The position numbers and the translations under genes were made by a program. A DNA stretch of 64,000 bases, taken from Bacteroidota bacterium (lineage in GTDB: Bacteria; Bacteroidota; Bacteroidia; JABDFU01). Positions 7,170 through 16,115 of this stretch are shown here, piece after piece. The stretch is from positions 7,008 to 71,007 of the forward strand of contig JABDFG010000004.1 in NCBI GenBank assembly GCA_013286655.1, read 5' to 3'. The stretch's first letter is position 1; each line of letters begins with the position of its first letter. The notes beneath the pieces were generated by a model, which was given only the letters and a program-made list of their open reading frames with translations, was not told the DNA's origin and did no database searches.

Positions 7170-9242
7170 ATGGCTACCCTCACAAAAACCACTTTACGGA
7201 AATTAGAAAATTACACCCTTGGAAAATGGATCAGCGGAGATGGAGATGGACAGATCCTTTACAATGCCATCACAGGAGATGAAATAGCAAGCACCAGCAG
7301 CAAAGGAATTGATTTTGCAAAAATGACGGAATATGCCCGAAAAACAGGAGGTCCTGCGCTACGTAAACTTACTTTCCATGAAAGAGGACGCAGACTCAAA
7401 GCACTCGCGATGCACCTGCAGTCAAAAAAAGAAGAATTTTACAGGATAAGTTGGGCTACCGGAGCAACGCGTGCGGATAGTTGGGTAGATATTGAGGGTG
7501 GAATTGGTAATTTGTTTTCTTATGCCAGTCTTCGCAGACAATTTCCGGATGAAACCTTTTGCCTTGATGGAGATGTTGCCAAACTTTCAAAAGCCGGAAC
7601 ATTTATTGGCCACCATATTTGCGTACCCAAAGAGGGTGTCGCGATTCACATCAATGCGTTTAACTTCCCGGTATGGGGAATGTTGGAAAAAGTGGCCGTT
7701 AACTGGCTGGCGGGTGTTCCGGCAATTGTGAAGCCTGCAACCGTTACTTCCTTTCTAACAGAAGCCGTCGCGAAGGAAATTATTGCTTCGGGTATTTTAC
7801 CGGAAGGTTCGCTTCAATTGATTTGTGGAAGCGCTAATGGTTTATTGGATCATGTGCTTAACCAGGATGTAGTAACTTTCACGGGCTCCGCACATACCGG
7901 CAAACTGTTAAAAGCTCATCCCCGTCTCCTGGAAGAAGCAGTCCCTTTCAATATGGAAGCCGATTCTTTGAACTGCTGTATTTTGGGTACTGACGTTTCT
8001 CCAGACAAACCTGAATTTGATATTTTTATAAAAGAGGTAGTTCGTGAAATAACCACCAAGGCGGGACAAAAGTGTACCGCCGTTCGAAGGATCATCGTCC
8101 CTGAAAACAAAATAGAAGAGGTGCGCACAGCACTTGGCAAACGTTTGGCACAGAACATTATCGGCGATCCGAATGTGGAAGGAGTGCGCATGGGATCTCT
8201 GGCTGGCCAGACACAGTTAGCTGAGGTGAAAGAAAAGGTTGCTCAACTGAGTAAAACACAAAAAATAATTATCGGAGATTTCGAACAATTTGAAGTAAAA
8301 GGAGCTGATAAACATAAAGGAGCTTTTATGCCTCCGATCATTTTCCTGAATGAAAATCCCTTTAAGAATATAGATTGCCATAGCGTGGAGGCCTTTGGTC
8401 CGGTGAGCACCCTGATGCCTTACAAAAATACAGAAGAAGCAATTCAACTTGCTAAAATGGGCAAGGGCTCCCTGGTAAGTTCCATTATCACTGCGGATGA
8501 CACGATTGCGAAACACTATGTGTTAGGTGCAGCAAGTATGCATGGCCGGATCTTAATTCTGAATGCGGATTGTGCGAAAGAAAGCACAGGACATGGTTCT
8601 CCTTTGCCGCTGTTAGTGCATGGAGGTCCGGGTCGCGCGGGCGGTGGAGAAGAAATGGGTGGCAAACGTGGAGTCTTTCATTATTTGCAGCGCACCGCCA
8701 TTCAGGGCTCCCCCACCACACTGACAAAAATTACCAATCAATACCAATACGGAGCAAAATACCTAACTAAGGAAATTCATCCTTTCAAACGTTATTTTGA
8801 AGAACTTGAAATTGGGGAAACACTTATTACGGATACCCATCTGGTTACACTAAAAAACATAGAAGATTTTGCTGAGTTAAGCGGGGACAAATTTTATGCG
8901 CACATGGATGCCAATTCCCTGGAAGGGACCATTTTTACCGGGCGAGTAGCACATGGATATTACATTTTATCCAGGGCAGCCGGTCTTTTTGTTGACGCGC
9001 CTAAGGGACCCGTATTATTGAATTACGGGATTGATGAATGTCGGTTTACAAAACCTGTTTACCCGGGTTCTACGATTGCGGTCCGGTTCACCTGTAAAGA
9101 AAAGGCCGAACAGGAAAAGAAAACACCCGAAGACATTGCAAAGGGCATTGTAAAATGGCTGGTAGATGTTTACGATGAAACAGGTGAAACAGTTGCGATT
9201 GCTACTATTTTGACGATGGTAAAAAAGAAAAATCAAGATTAA
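7170..9242 (+). CDS. paaZ: bifunctional oxepin-CoA hydrolase / 3-oxo-5,6-dehydrosuberyl-CoA semialdehyde dehydrogenase
   Basis: 690 aa. An N-terminal aldehyde-dehydrogenase fold ([17 protein letters not shown]) is joined to a C-terminal MaoC hot-dog domain ([10 protein letters not shown]). Confidence 0.85.
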   Translation: MATLTKTTLRKLENYTLGKWISGDGDGQILYNAITGDEIASTSSKGIDFAKMTEYARKTGGPALRKLTFHERGRRLKALAMHLQSKKEEFYRISWATGATRADSWVDIEGGIGNLFSYASLRRQFPDETFCLDGDVAKLSKAGTFIGHHICVPKEGVAIHINAFNFPVWGMLEKVAVNWLAGVPAIVKPATVTSFLTEAVAKEIIASGILPEGSLQLICGSANGLLDHVLNQDVVTFTGSAHTGKLLKAHPRLLEEAVPFNMEADSLNCCILGTDVSPDKPEFDIFIKEVVREITTKAGQKCTAVRRIIVPENKIEEVRTALGKRLAQNIIGDPNVEGVRMGSLAGQTQLAEVKEKVAQLSKTQKIIIGDFEQFEVKGADKHKGAFMPPIIFLNENPFKNIDCHSVEAFGPVSTLMPYKNTEEAIQLAKMGKGSLVSSIITADDTIAKHYVLGAASMHGRILILNADCAKESTGHGSPLPLLVHGGPGRAGGGEEMGGKRGVFHYLQRTAIQGSPTTLTKITNQYQYGAKYLTKEIHPFKRYFEELEIGETLITDTHLVTLKNIEDFAELSGDKFYAHMDANSLEGTIFTGRVAHGYYILSRAAGLFVDAPKGPVLLNYGIDECRFTKPVYPGSTIAVRFTCKEKAEQEKKTPEDIAKGIVKWLVDVYDETGETVAIATILTMVKKKNQD

Positions 9243-9243
9243 A

Positions 9244-10035
9244 ATGACCGAAAATCTAATAACCAGTAACGTGAATACAGGAACAGTAAACTCCGTAATT
9301 GAAAATGGTATAGCTACCATCACCTTTTTTCATCCCCAAAGTAATTCTTTGCCAGGAACCCTTTTAATGACACTGGCAGCTGAAATAACAAAAGCAGGAA
9401 ACAATCCTGCTACCCGGGTGATTTTGCTCAAAAGTGAAGGTGAAAAATCTTTTTGTGCGGGAGCTTCTTTTGACGAACTGATCGCTATTAAAGATCTTGC
9501 AGCGGGAAAGAAATTCTTCTCCGGATTCGCAGCCGTTATCAATGCCATGCGAAAAACACCTCAATTTGTGATAGCACGCATACAGGGGAAAGCAGTTGGC
9601 GGTGGTGTCGGGCTTGCCAGCGCTGCTGATTATGCGTTTGCGACAGAAACAGCCTCTGTAAAATTAAGTGAATTGGCCATTGGTATTGGTCCGTTTGTGG
9701 TAGGTCCAGCCGTAAAACGCAAAATCGGAACGTCTGCATTTTCTCAATTGACGATTAATGCAACAGAATGGCAAAGTGCGCAATGGGCGAAAGAAAAAGG
9801 ATTGTATGCCGAGTTGTTTTCAAACGTGGAGGAAATGGACAAAGCAATTCATGCCTTGGCTTCCAGGCTGGCCAAGAGTAATCCGGAAGCTATGCTAATG
9901 CTTAAAAAAGTCCTCTGGGAAGGTACCGATAACTGGGACTCTTTGCTGATTGAACGTGCCGAAATGAGCGGGAAACTTGTGCTTTCAGAATTTACCCGAA
10001 ATGCGATTGAGAAATTTAAGGCTGGCACACGATAG
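9244..10035 (+). CDS. enoyl-CoA hydratase/isomerase (crotonase) family protein
   Basis: 263 aa with the crotonase oxyanion motifs FCAGASFDE and GKAVGGGVGLA. It starts 1 nt after the paaZ stop. Confidence 0.85.
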   Translation: MTENLITSNVNTGTVNSVIENGIATITFFHPQSNSLPGTLLMTLAAEITKAGNNPATRVILLKSEGEKSFCAGASFDELIAIKDLAAGKKFFSGFAAVINAMRKTPQFVIARIQGKAVGGGVGLASAADYAFATETASVKLSELAIGIGPFVVGPAVKRKIGTSAFSQLTINATEWQSAQWAKEKGLYAELFSNVEEMDKAIHALASRLAKSNPEAMLMLKKVLWEGTDNWDSLLIERAEMSGKLVLSEFTRNAIEKFKAGTR

Positions 10036-10055
10036 AATTTTGCAGCTTTAATTCG

Positions 10056-10862
10056 CTACTTCCAGGCTTTCACAATAAGACCTGTTCCGGTCGGATGGCT
10101 CATTCCCACATCAAAATAATTCAGAACAAAAGCAATCGGATAAGTGATCAAATAATAAAAGGGAAGCAGGATAAAAAACAATTTGCTTAACCCTAACATG
10201 ACGATGGGATATTTCATGGATAAACGCCAGGAGATTTTCCCCGGAGTTCCATACGAATAGCGCGCAACAACCTTTGAAAAACCGGCCGTTTTTAACTTGG
10301 TTTCGATTTCCTTTATATTATATCCATCCCGTACATGCTCTTCTATAAAGGAGGTCTCTCCGTCACCCTGAACATCGGACCCTCCTTGATCGGAAGGAGT
10401 GGAAATCAGCAACATCCCTCCGGGTTTTAAGGATGCGTATATGTTTTGAAAAACGAGGACGTCTTCCACGATATGTTCCATCACATCAACGGATAGCGCC
10501 AGGTCGAACGTATTTTCCTGTTTAAATTTAGTCAGGTCTGCCATTTCAAACTTCACATTTTTTCGGTTGAGTTGTTGGTAAAAAGCATTGCAGTCCTCCA
10601 CCTGCTCCTGTTTTACATCCACCGCCAGGATTTTAAAATCCGGATTAATCCCCGATAAATAATAAGAATATTGGCCGTACCCTGCACCTGCATCTAAAAT
10701 ACTCACATGGGTAGGGATCGTTTTCAACCAGGCCCGGATCTCTTTATGAATGTGCCAGGCACGAAGTAAAAGAAGGTCCAGTAAATTATAAAACAGCTTC
10801 CGCAATAAGGGAGAGCGGTTAAAAACACTGCCGAGGGTTCGCTTTATCGGATCGTATTGCAT
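10056..10862 (-). CDS. class I SAM-dependent methyltransferase with a C-terminal membrane segment
   Basis: 268 aa. Motif I is ILDAGAGYGQYS, followed by VDVMEHI and hydrophobic C-terminal helices. Confidence 0.8.
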   Translation of the reverse strand: MQYDPIKRTLGSVFNRSPLLRKLFYNLLDLLLLRAWHIHKEIRAWLKTIPTHVSILDAGAGYGQYSYYLSGINPDFKILAVDVKQEQVEDCNAFYQQLNRKNVKFEMADLTKFKQENTFDLALSVDVMEHIVEDVLVFQNIYASLKPGGMLLISTPSDQGGSDVQGDGETSFIEEHVRDGYNIKEIETKLKTAGFSKVVARYSYGTPGKISWRLSMKYPIVMLGLSKLFFILLPFYYLITYPIAFVLNYFDVGMSHPTGTGLIVKAWK

Positions 10863-10866
10863 AGTC

Positions 10867-11205
10867 CTATTTGTTCAACAGTTCATTTATCCGTTGGGCA
10901 TAATCCATGGTATCGTCCAGGTAAAAATTAAGTTCCGGGATGATGCGAACCTGTTTTTTAATACGTTGGCCCAGATACTTTCGCAGTTCGGCCTGATGTT
11001 CTTTAATGAGCTTGAGCAAAGCATCTCTGTCTTTGGTACCAAACAAACTCAGGTATATCTTTGCGAAGGATAAGTCCGGACTGATCCGGACTCCCGTAAC
11101 CGTGATGAAAGCAAGTCCGAAATAATTCTTGCCTTCCCGAAGAAATATATCGGCTATTTCCTTTTGTACAAGGCGTGCTACCTTCAGTTGCCGGGTTGTT
11201 TCCAT
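10867..11205 (-). CDS. rbfA: ribosome-binding factor A
   Basis: 112 aa. RQLKVARLVQKEIADIF...VTGVRISPDLSFAKIY is the typical RbfA KH-like core. Confidence 0.9.
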   Translation of the reverse strand: METTRQLKVARLVQKEIADIFLREGKNYFGLAFITVTGVRISPDLSFAKIYLSLFGTKDRDALLKLIKEHQAELRKYLGQRIKKQVRIIPELNFYLDDTMDYAQRINELLNK

Positions 11206-11210
11206 TTAGG

Positions 11211-11218
11211 CAAAGTTA
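11211..11218 (-). promoter_or_regulatory. -7 box TAACTTTG upstream of rbfA
   Basis: Exact match on the minus strand, with 5 nt between the box and the ATG at 11205. Confidence 0.45.
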
Positions 11219-11241
11219 TCAAAATAAAACAAAGATTCGTT

Positions 11242-11249
11242 TATCTTTG
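11242..11249 (+). promoter_or_regulatory. -7 box TATCTTTG upstream of the ABC exporter gene
   Basis: Exact match, with 6 nt between the box and the ATG at 11256. Confidence 0.45.
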
Positions 11250-11255
11250 TGGAAG

Positions 11256-13100
11256 ATGAAGCAACTGCTGGGTGTCTTTAAATACATAAAGGGTTATTGG
11301 AATTACGCCGTATTGAATATTGTATTCAATATACTCTCTGTTGTGTTTTCCCTTTTTTCAATCGCGATGATTTTTCCTTTTCTGCAAATACTTTTTTCTG
11401 ACAATCCCGCTAAAATAAATGAAATTATACAAAAGGGAGAGCCCGCTTTAGAATGGAAAACGAACGCTATCATTGATTATGTAAATTTCAGATTAGCCAG
11501 TGATGCGGTGAGCCATGGTGAATTGAGTGTTTTGTTAGGGATCTGCATGATAGTCATTGTCAGTATTTTCTTAAAAAACCTTACGAAATACCTTGCCATG
11601 TTTTTTCTTGCGCCTATACGAAATGGAGTGGTGCGGGATATTCGAAATACTATTTTTAACAAAACGCTTCAGCTACCCTTATCGTATTATTCCGACGAAC
11701 GCAAAGGAGATATCATTTCACGCATGACCATTGATGTTCAGGAAATAGAATGGAGCATTATGCAGTCACTGGAAATGATTTTTCGTGAACCGCTTAATAT
11801 CATTCTGTTTTTAATTATGATGGTGGCCATGGCCCCTCAACTTACGATTGTTGCATTTATCCTTCTGCCATTAACCGCTATTTTGATCGCAAGGATCGGG
11901 AAAAGCCTCAAACGTTCCTCCTTTAAGGTAAAGGAAAAAATGGGAGTATTGCTTTCGATTATGGAAGAAACACTTGGCGGCTTACGCATCATTAAAGGTT
12001 TCAATGCCGAAGGATCGATCAAAAATAAATTTAGCAGCGAAAATCAGCAATATACCAGGGTTATGAACCGCCTTTACCGGAAAGTTGACCTTGCTTCTCC
12101 CCTGAGCGAATTCCTGGGAATTACCGTGTTTGTGGTCATTCTTTATTTAGGTGGCAAAATGGTATTGACGGATAAAACAATGAATGGATCCATTTTTATT
12201 ACTTACCTGGCCATCTTTTCACAATTGATACCTCCCGCAAAATCCGTAACAACAGCTTATTATAACGTTCAAAAAGGTCTGGCTTCGGCAGAACGTATTG
12301 AAAAAATCACAGCGGCTCCGGTTACTATCCAGGATCCGGAAAAACCAATGCAACTTTTGGCTTTTGAAAAAGAAATTGAATACAAGAATGTTTCTTTTGC
12401 TTACACCCGTGGAGATGAAGGCTGGGCATTGAGAAACATCGACCTGAAAATACAAAGAGGTAAAACGATTGCCCTGGTTGGTCAGTCCGGTTCGGGCAAA
12501 ACGACTTTGGCAGATATGTTGCCCCGCTTTTACGATGCGACCGACGGGACTATTTTAATTGACGGCATCTCTATTAAGGAATTAAAACTTGCCGACTTAC
12601 GCAAACTGATGGGCATTGTTACCCAGGAATCCATCTTATTTAATGATACGGTATTCAATAACATTGCTTTTGGAATGGAAAACGTCCGGGAGGAAGATGT
12701 TATTGCCGCTGCCCAAGTAGCCAATGCCCATGAATTTATTTTGCAAATGCCTCAGGGTTATCAAACCAATATCGGGGACCGTGGAGGAAAAATGTCGGGT
12801 GGTCAAAGGCAAAGAATCAGCATTGCCCGGGCAGTATTGAAGAATCCTCCAATACTTATATTGGATGAGGCTACTTCTGCACTGGACACGGAATCAGAAC
12901 GACTGGTACAAGATGCTCTGAATAAACTGATGAAAAACCGCACCTCAATTGTCATTGCTCATCGTTTATCTACCATACAGCATGCCGATGAAATCATTGT
13001 CCTTCAAAAAGCTCAAATAGTTGAACGGGGAACGCATAATCAGCTTTTACTTCAAAATGGCGCCTATAAGCGCCTGTATGAACTTCAGGCTTTTGTATAA
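11256..13100 (+). CDS. ABC transporter permease/ATP-binding fusion (MsbA-like exporter)
   Basis: I chose the ATG at 11256 (MKQLLGVFKYIKGYW). It avoids overlap with rbfA and has TATCTTTG at 11242-11249. The protein has a 6-TM domain, Walker A GQSGSGKTT, signature MSGGQRQR and Walker B ILILDEATSALD. Confidence 0.9.
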   Translation: MKQLLGVFKYIKGYWNYAVLNIVFNILSVVFSLFSIAMIFPFLQILFSDNPAKINEIIQKGEPALEWKTNAIIDYVNFRLASDAVSHGELSVLLGICMIVIVSIFLKNLTKYLAMFFLAPIRNGVVRDIRNTIFNKTLQLPLSYYSDERKGDIISRMTIDVQEIEWSIMQSLEMIFREPLNIILFLIMMVAMAPQLTIVAFILLPLTAILIARIGKSLKRSSFKVKEKMGVLLSIMEETLGGLRIIKGFNAEGSIKNKFSSENQQYTRVMNRLYRKVDLASPLSEFLGITVFVVILYLGGKMVLTDKTMNGSIFITYLAIFSQLIPPAKSVTTAYYNVQKGLASAERIEKITAAPVTIQDPEKPMQLLAFEKEIEYKNVSFAYTRGDEGWALRNIDLKIQRGKTIALVGQSGSGKTTLADMLPRFYDATDGTILIDGISIKELKLADLRKLMGIVTQESILFNDTVFNNIAFGMENVREEDVIAAAQVANAHEFILQMPQGYQTNIGDRGGKMSGGQRQRISIARAVLKNPPILILDEATSALDTESERLVQDALNKLMKNRTSIVIAHRLSTIQHADEIIVLQKAQIVERGTHNQLLLQNGAYKRLYELQAFV

Positions 13101-13262
13101 TTCACTAACTCGGAGGCAACCATTTCAGGAATGCCTCGTCTTATCAACAAACTCATTTTTTAACTTAATTAAAACCTCATGGAAACGAAAACCATTTACA
13201 AAAACCCATTGCATTATCTGCAATTTTTTACTAGATTTGAGTATAAACCAATAATTAGCCTT

Positions 13263-14219
13263 ATGTCTAAAAAATTACTTTCTCTTGCCGTTATAGCGTC
13301 TTTAACTTTTGTAACGAGTAGCTTTGCGCAACAGGTTCCAAATAGCAGCTTCGAAACCTGGGGGGCCGGCCCTCTTGGTGATGATCCGGTTAGCTGGGGA
13401 ACTCCGAATATTTTCAGTAATCCCCTTTTAGGTAGCAGTGGCGTTTCCGTCACTAAAAACACAACGAATTTTCACACCGGATCCGCAGCAATGCAGATCG
13501 TTACCACTAAACTTTCCGCCTCAGCGCCTCCCGGTACTTCTACTTATCTGCCTAATGGAACACTTGATTTTGCTTTTACAGGTTCTATTACAGCCAGCAC
13601 TCCTTATTTTCATCCGGGCTATGCTGAAACAACACGTTACGCCCAGCTTAATTTTTTTGCTATCTATATACCAGAGGCCAGCAGCAGCGATGTAGGAACC
13701 TGCACTGCATTCTTATTTAAAACAAACGGATCCGTAATAGACACCATTGCTATTGGTGCAACTACTATTTCCAAAACAGCTTCGGCAACGTCCTTCTCTT
13801 CTTTCACCGTTAATCTTTCCTATCGCTCAGGCGAAACTCCTGATTCTGCTGCCGTTGTTTTCACCTCCAGCGGAACGAAAGCGCAGGCAACATACGGAAG
13901 CACCCTTATTGTGGATGATGTGACTTTCAGTGGGATCGTTGCAGGTGTTCATGAATACAGCTTGCTTTCAGGCAATATGAATGCATTCCCAAATCCTGCT
14001 ACAGAAAGCATTACACTGAAAACTACAAACAACTCCAATCAAAACCTTTCCTTAGTGGAAATTTTTGATATAACAGGCCGTAAAACGGATGCCGTTTTGG
14101 TTCAAAACAATCAAACAACCTTGAACACCAGCGCTTATGCTAAAGGCTTATACCTGTACAATGCGTATAACGAAAATCATGAATTGATGGGTGTTGGCAA
14201 ATTTACTGTCGCAAAATAG
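13263..14219 (+). CDS. secreted protein with a T9SS type-A C-terminal sorting domain
   Basis: I chose the ATG at 13263 (MSKKLLSLAVIASLTFVTSSFAQ). The N-terminal VPNSSFETWG motif is present. The C-terminus AFPNPATESITLKT...GLYLYNAY...KFTVAK is a Por-type CTD. Confidence 0.75.
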   Translation: MSKKLLSLAVIASLTFVTSSFAQQVPNSSFETWGAGPLGDDPVSWGTPNIFSNPLLGSSGVSVTKNTTNFHTGSAAMQIVTTKLSASAPPGTSTYLPNGTLDFAFTGSITASTPYFHPGYAETTRYAQLNFFAIYIPEASSSDVGTCTAFLFKTNGSVIDTIAIGATTISKTASATSFSSFTVNLSYRSGETPDSAAVVFTSSGTKAQATYGSTLIVDDVTFSGIVAGVHEYSLLSGNMNAFPNPATESITLKTTNNSNQNLSLVEIFDITGRKTDAVLVQNNQTTLNTSAYAKGLYLYNAYNENHELMGVGKFTVAK

Positions 14220-14240
14220 AATTAACATAATTCACCGAGA

Positions 14241-14273
14241 CCCTTTCACGAAAAAACGTGAAAGGGTTTTTTA
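14241..14273 (+). terminator. rho-independent terminator
   Basis: The hairpin ccctttcacg-aaaaaa-cgtgaaaggg has a 10-bp stem and is followed by tttttt. It lies 22 nt after the stop at 14219. Confidence 0.8.
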
Positions 14274-14292
14274 TTTATGCAGCTAAAAAATC

Positions 14293-14300
14293 TATCTTTG
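14293..14300 (+). promoter_or_regulatory. -7 box TATCTTTG upstream of dnaX
   Basis: Exact match, with 12 nt between the box and the ATG at 14313. Confidence 0.45.
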
Positions 14301-14312
14301 TTATTCTGAAGC

Positions 14313-16115
14313 ATGGAAAACTTTGTTGTATCGGCGCGAAAATACCGGCCCGTAACCTTTGATACGGTTGTTGGCCAAAGTTCTATTACCTCCACGCTTA
14401 AAAATGCCATTAAGAATCATCATTTAGCCCAGGCCTTCTTGTTCTGTGGACCACGGGGAGTCGGAAAAACTACTTGTGCACGTATTTTGGCCAAAACGAT
14501 TAACTGCCAGAATATTACTGCTGCTACGGAAGCTTGCGACCAATGTGACTCCTGCAAATCATTCAACAACGGACAATCCCTGAATGTATATGAACTGGAT
14601 GCCGCTTCCAATAATTCGGTTGACGATATCCGTAACCTGGTAGATCAGGTGCGCTTTGCACCTCAAATGGGCGATTACCGCGTGTACATCATCGATGAGG
14701 TTCACATGCTATCCCAGTCGGCATTCAATGCATTCCTGAAAACCCTGGAAGAACCTCCGAAACATGCTATTTTCATTTTAGCAACTACAGAAAAACACAA
14801 GATCATTCCAACCATTCTCTCGCGTTGCCAGATTTTTGATTTTAACCGGATACAGGTGGAAGATATTTCCAGTCACATGGCATTCATCGCGAAAAGTGAA
14901 GGGATAACAGCCGATGCCGACGCCTTGCACATCATTGCACAAAAGGCCGATGGCGCCTTACGTGATGCCTGTTCCATTTTTGACCAGATTGTAAGTTTTG
15001 CGGGAAACAATCTCACTTACAAAGCTGTTATTGATAACCTGAACATACTGGATTATGATTATTATTTCAAGATCACAGATGCTCTGCTGACAGAAAATAT
15101 TCCGGCCTCCCTGCTTCTCTTCAATGAAATTCTAAACAATGGGTTTGATGGACATAATTTTATAACGGGCCTGGGTGAGCATTTCCGTAACCTGCTTGTT
15201 TGCAAAGACCTTTCTACCCTGGAACTGCTTGAAGTAAGTGCAAACATAAAGGATAAATACAAGGAACAAAGTGGAAAATCTACGCTCCCCTTCCTCCTCC
15301 GGGCATTGAACATTTCAAACAAGTGTGACGCTCAGTATAAATCCAGTAAAAATCAGCGATTGCAAGTGGAGTTAACGCTGATGCAAATTGCTTCTATTAA
15401 TGCTACAGAGGCCGAAAAAAAAAAGGACATAATTCAGATAAATGAACGACCAATTGCGAATAGCGAAAAGCCAATAGCCAATAGGGGAGAGCAACCGGTT
15501 AAATCGGAATCCCAAATCCCAAATCCGGAATCCCAATTATTCACATCTCTTCCTGTATCTTCATCTGAGTTCATGAATGCTTCGCATTTCCCAAATTCTA
15601 ACCCCCCTGTTCTTCCATTAAAAAAGTCTGCTTTAAAAACCTCCTCTCCTTCCATCAGCCAATTCATCGGACAAAACAAAACCGAAGAAACAAAAACGAA
15701 CGTTTTGGCTAATGAAGCTTTTTTAAAAGACAAAGAACGTCCATCACTTCCTTTTTCACAAGATATGCTTGAAAGTACCTGGAATAATTATGCCCGGCAA
15801 ATGCAGCAAAAAGGAAAACTTAATCTATATAGCACCCTCACCTTTCGCAAACCACTTTTGAAAGAAAATTTCCTGATTGAGTTTACCATAGAAAATAAAG
15901 TTCAGGAAGAAACGCTTGAACTGGAAAAAACAGATCTTTTAGGATTTCTGCGCAAAGAACTGAACAACTATACCACTACGCTCAAAACAATTATCAACAC
16001 GGTCGAAAGTGAACGCAAGCCTTACACAGCAAGTGATAAATTCAAACGTATGGCTGAAAAAAATCCAATGATCAATAAGTTAAAGCAACAATTCGACCTT
16101 GATATTGAAATCTAA
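14313..16115 (+). CDS. dnaX: DNA polymerase III subunit gamma/tau
   Basis: 600 aa. Contains Walker A GPRGVGKTT, DEVHML, the zinc module CDQCDSCKSF and SRCQIFDF. A long low-complexity linker follows residue ~371. Confidence 0.95.
   Translation: MENFVVSARKYRPVTFDTVVGQSSITSTLKNAIKNHHLAQAFLFCGPRGVGKTTCARILAKTINCQNITAATEACDQCDSCKSFNNGQSLNVYELDAASNNSVDDIRNLVDQVRFAPQMGDYRVYIIDEVHMLSQSAFNAFLKTLEEPPKHAIFILATTEKHKIIPTILSRCQIFDFNRIQVEDISSHMAFIAKSEGITADADALHIIAQKADGALRDACSIFDQIVSFAGNNLTYKAVIDNLNILDYDYYFKITDALLTENIPASLLLFNEILNNGFDGHNFITGLGEHFRNLLVCKDLSTLELLEVSANIKDKYKEQSGKSTLPFLLRALNISNKCDAQYKSSKNQRLQVELTLMQIASINATEAEKKKDIIQINERPIANSEKPIANRGEQPVKSESQIPNPESQLFTSLPVSSSEFMNASHFPNSNPPVLPLKKSALKTSSPSISQFIGQNKTEETKTNVLANEAFLKDKERPSLPFSQDMLESTWNNYARQMQQKGKLNLYSTLTFRKPLLKENFLIEFTIENKVQEETLELEKTDLLGFLRKELNNYTTTLKTIINTVESERKPYTASDKFKRMAEKNPMINKLKQQFDLDIEI
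15419..15425 (+). other. candidate recoding site in dnaX: slippery heptamer A_AAA_AAG inside a 10-A run (15415-15424)
   Basis: The zero frame reads GAA AAA AAA AAG GAC. The -1 frame stops at TGA 15443-15445, and the +1 frame stops at TAA 15430-15432. Confidence 0.45.
15447..15600 (+). repeat. in-frame copy of the intergenic heptamer/hairpin repeat family inside the dnaX linker
   Basis: 15454-15481 is a gcNaata-type heptamer run. 15502-15538 reads aatcggaatcccaaatcccaaatccggaatcccaatt. Segment 15529-15589 matches the intergenic segment 55592-55651 at about 54 of 61 positions, including 30/31 over cttcat(c/t)tgagttcatgaatgcttcgcattt. Confidence 0.85.

Noticed and set aside
11175-11255. Longer N-terminal extensions offered by the ORF track for the ABC exporter (11175), lepA (27350), pdhA (49874), the DinB-like gene (5462), the T9SS proteins (13179, 29882) and the PP2C gene (33552).
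   Set aside because: The extensions overlap neighbouring genes or promoter boxes, use TTG/GTG codons, or precede the conserved family N-terminus or signal peptide. Internal ATGs fit better. This remains unverified without N-terminal data.
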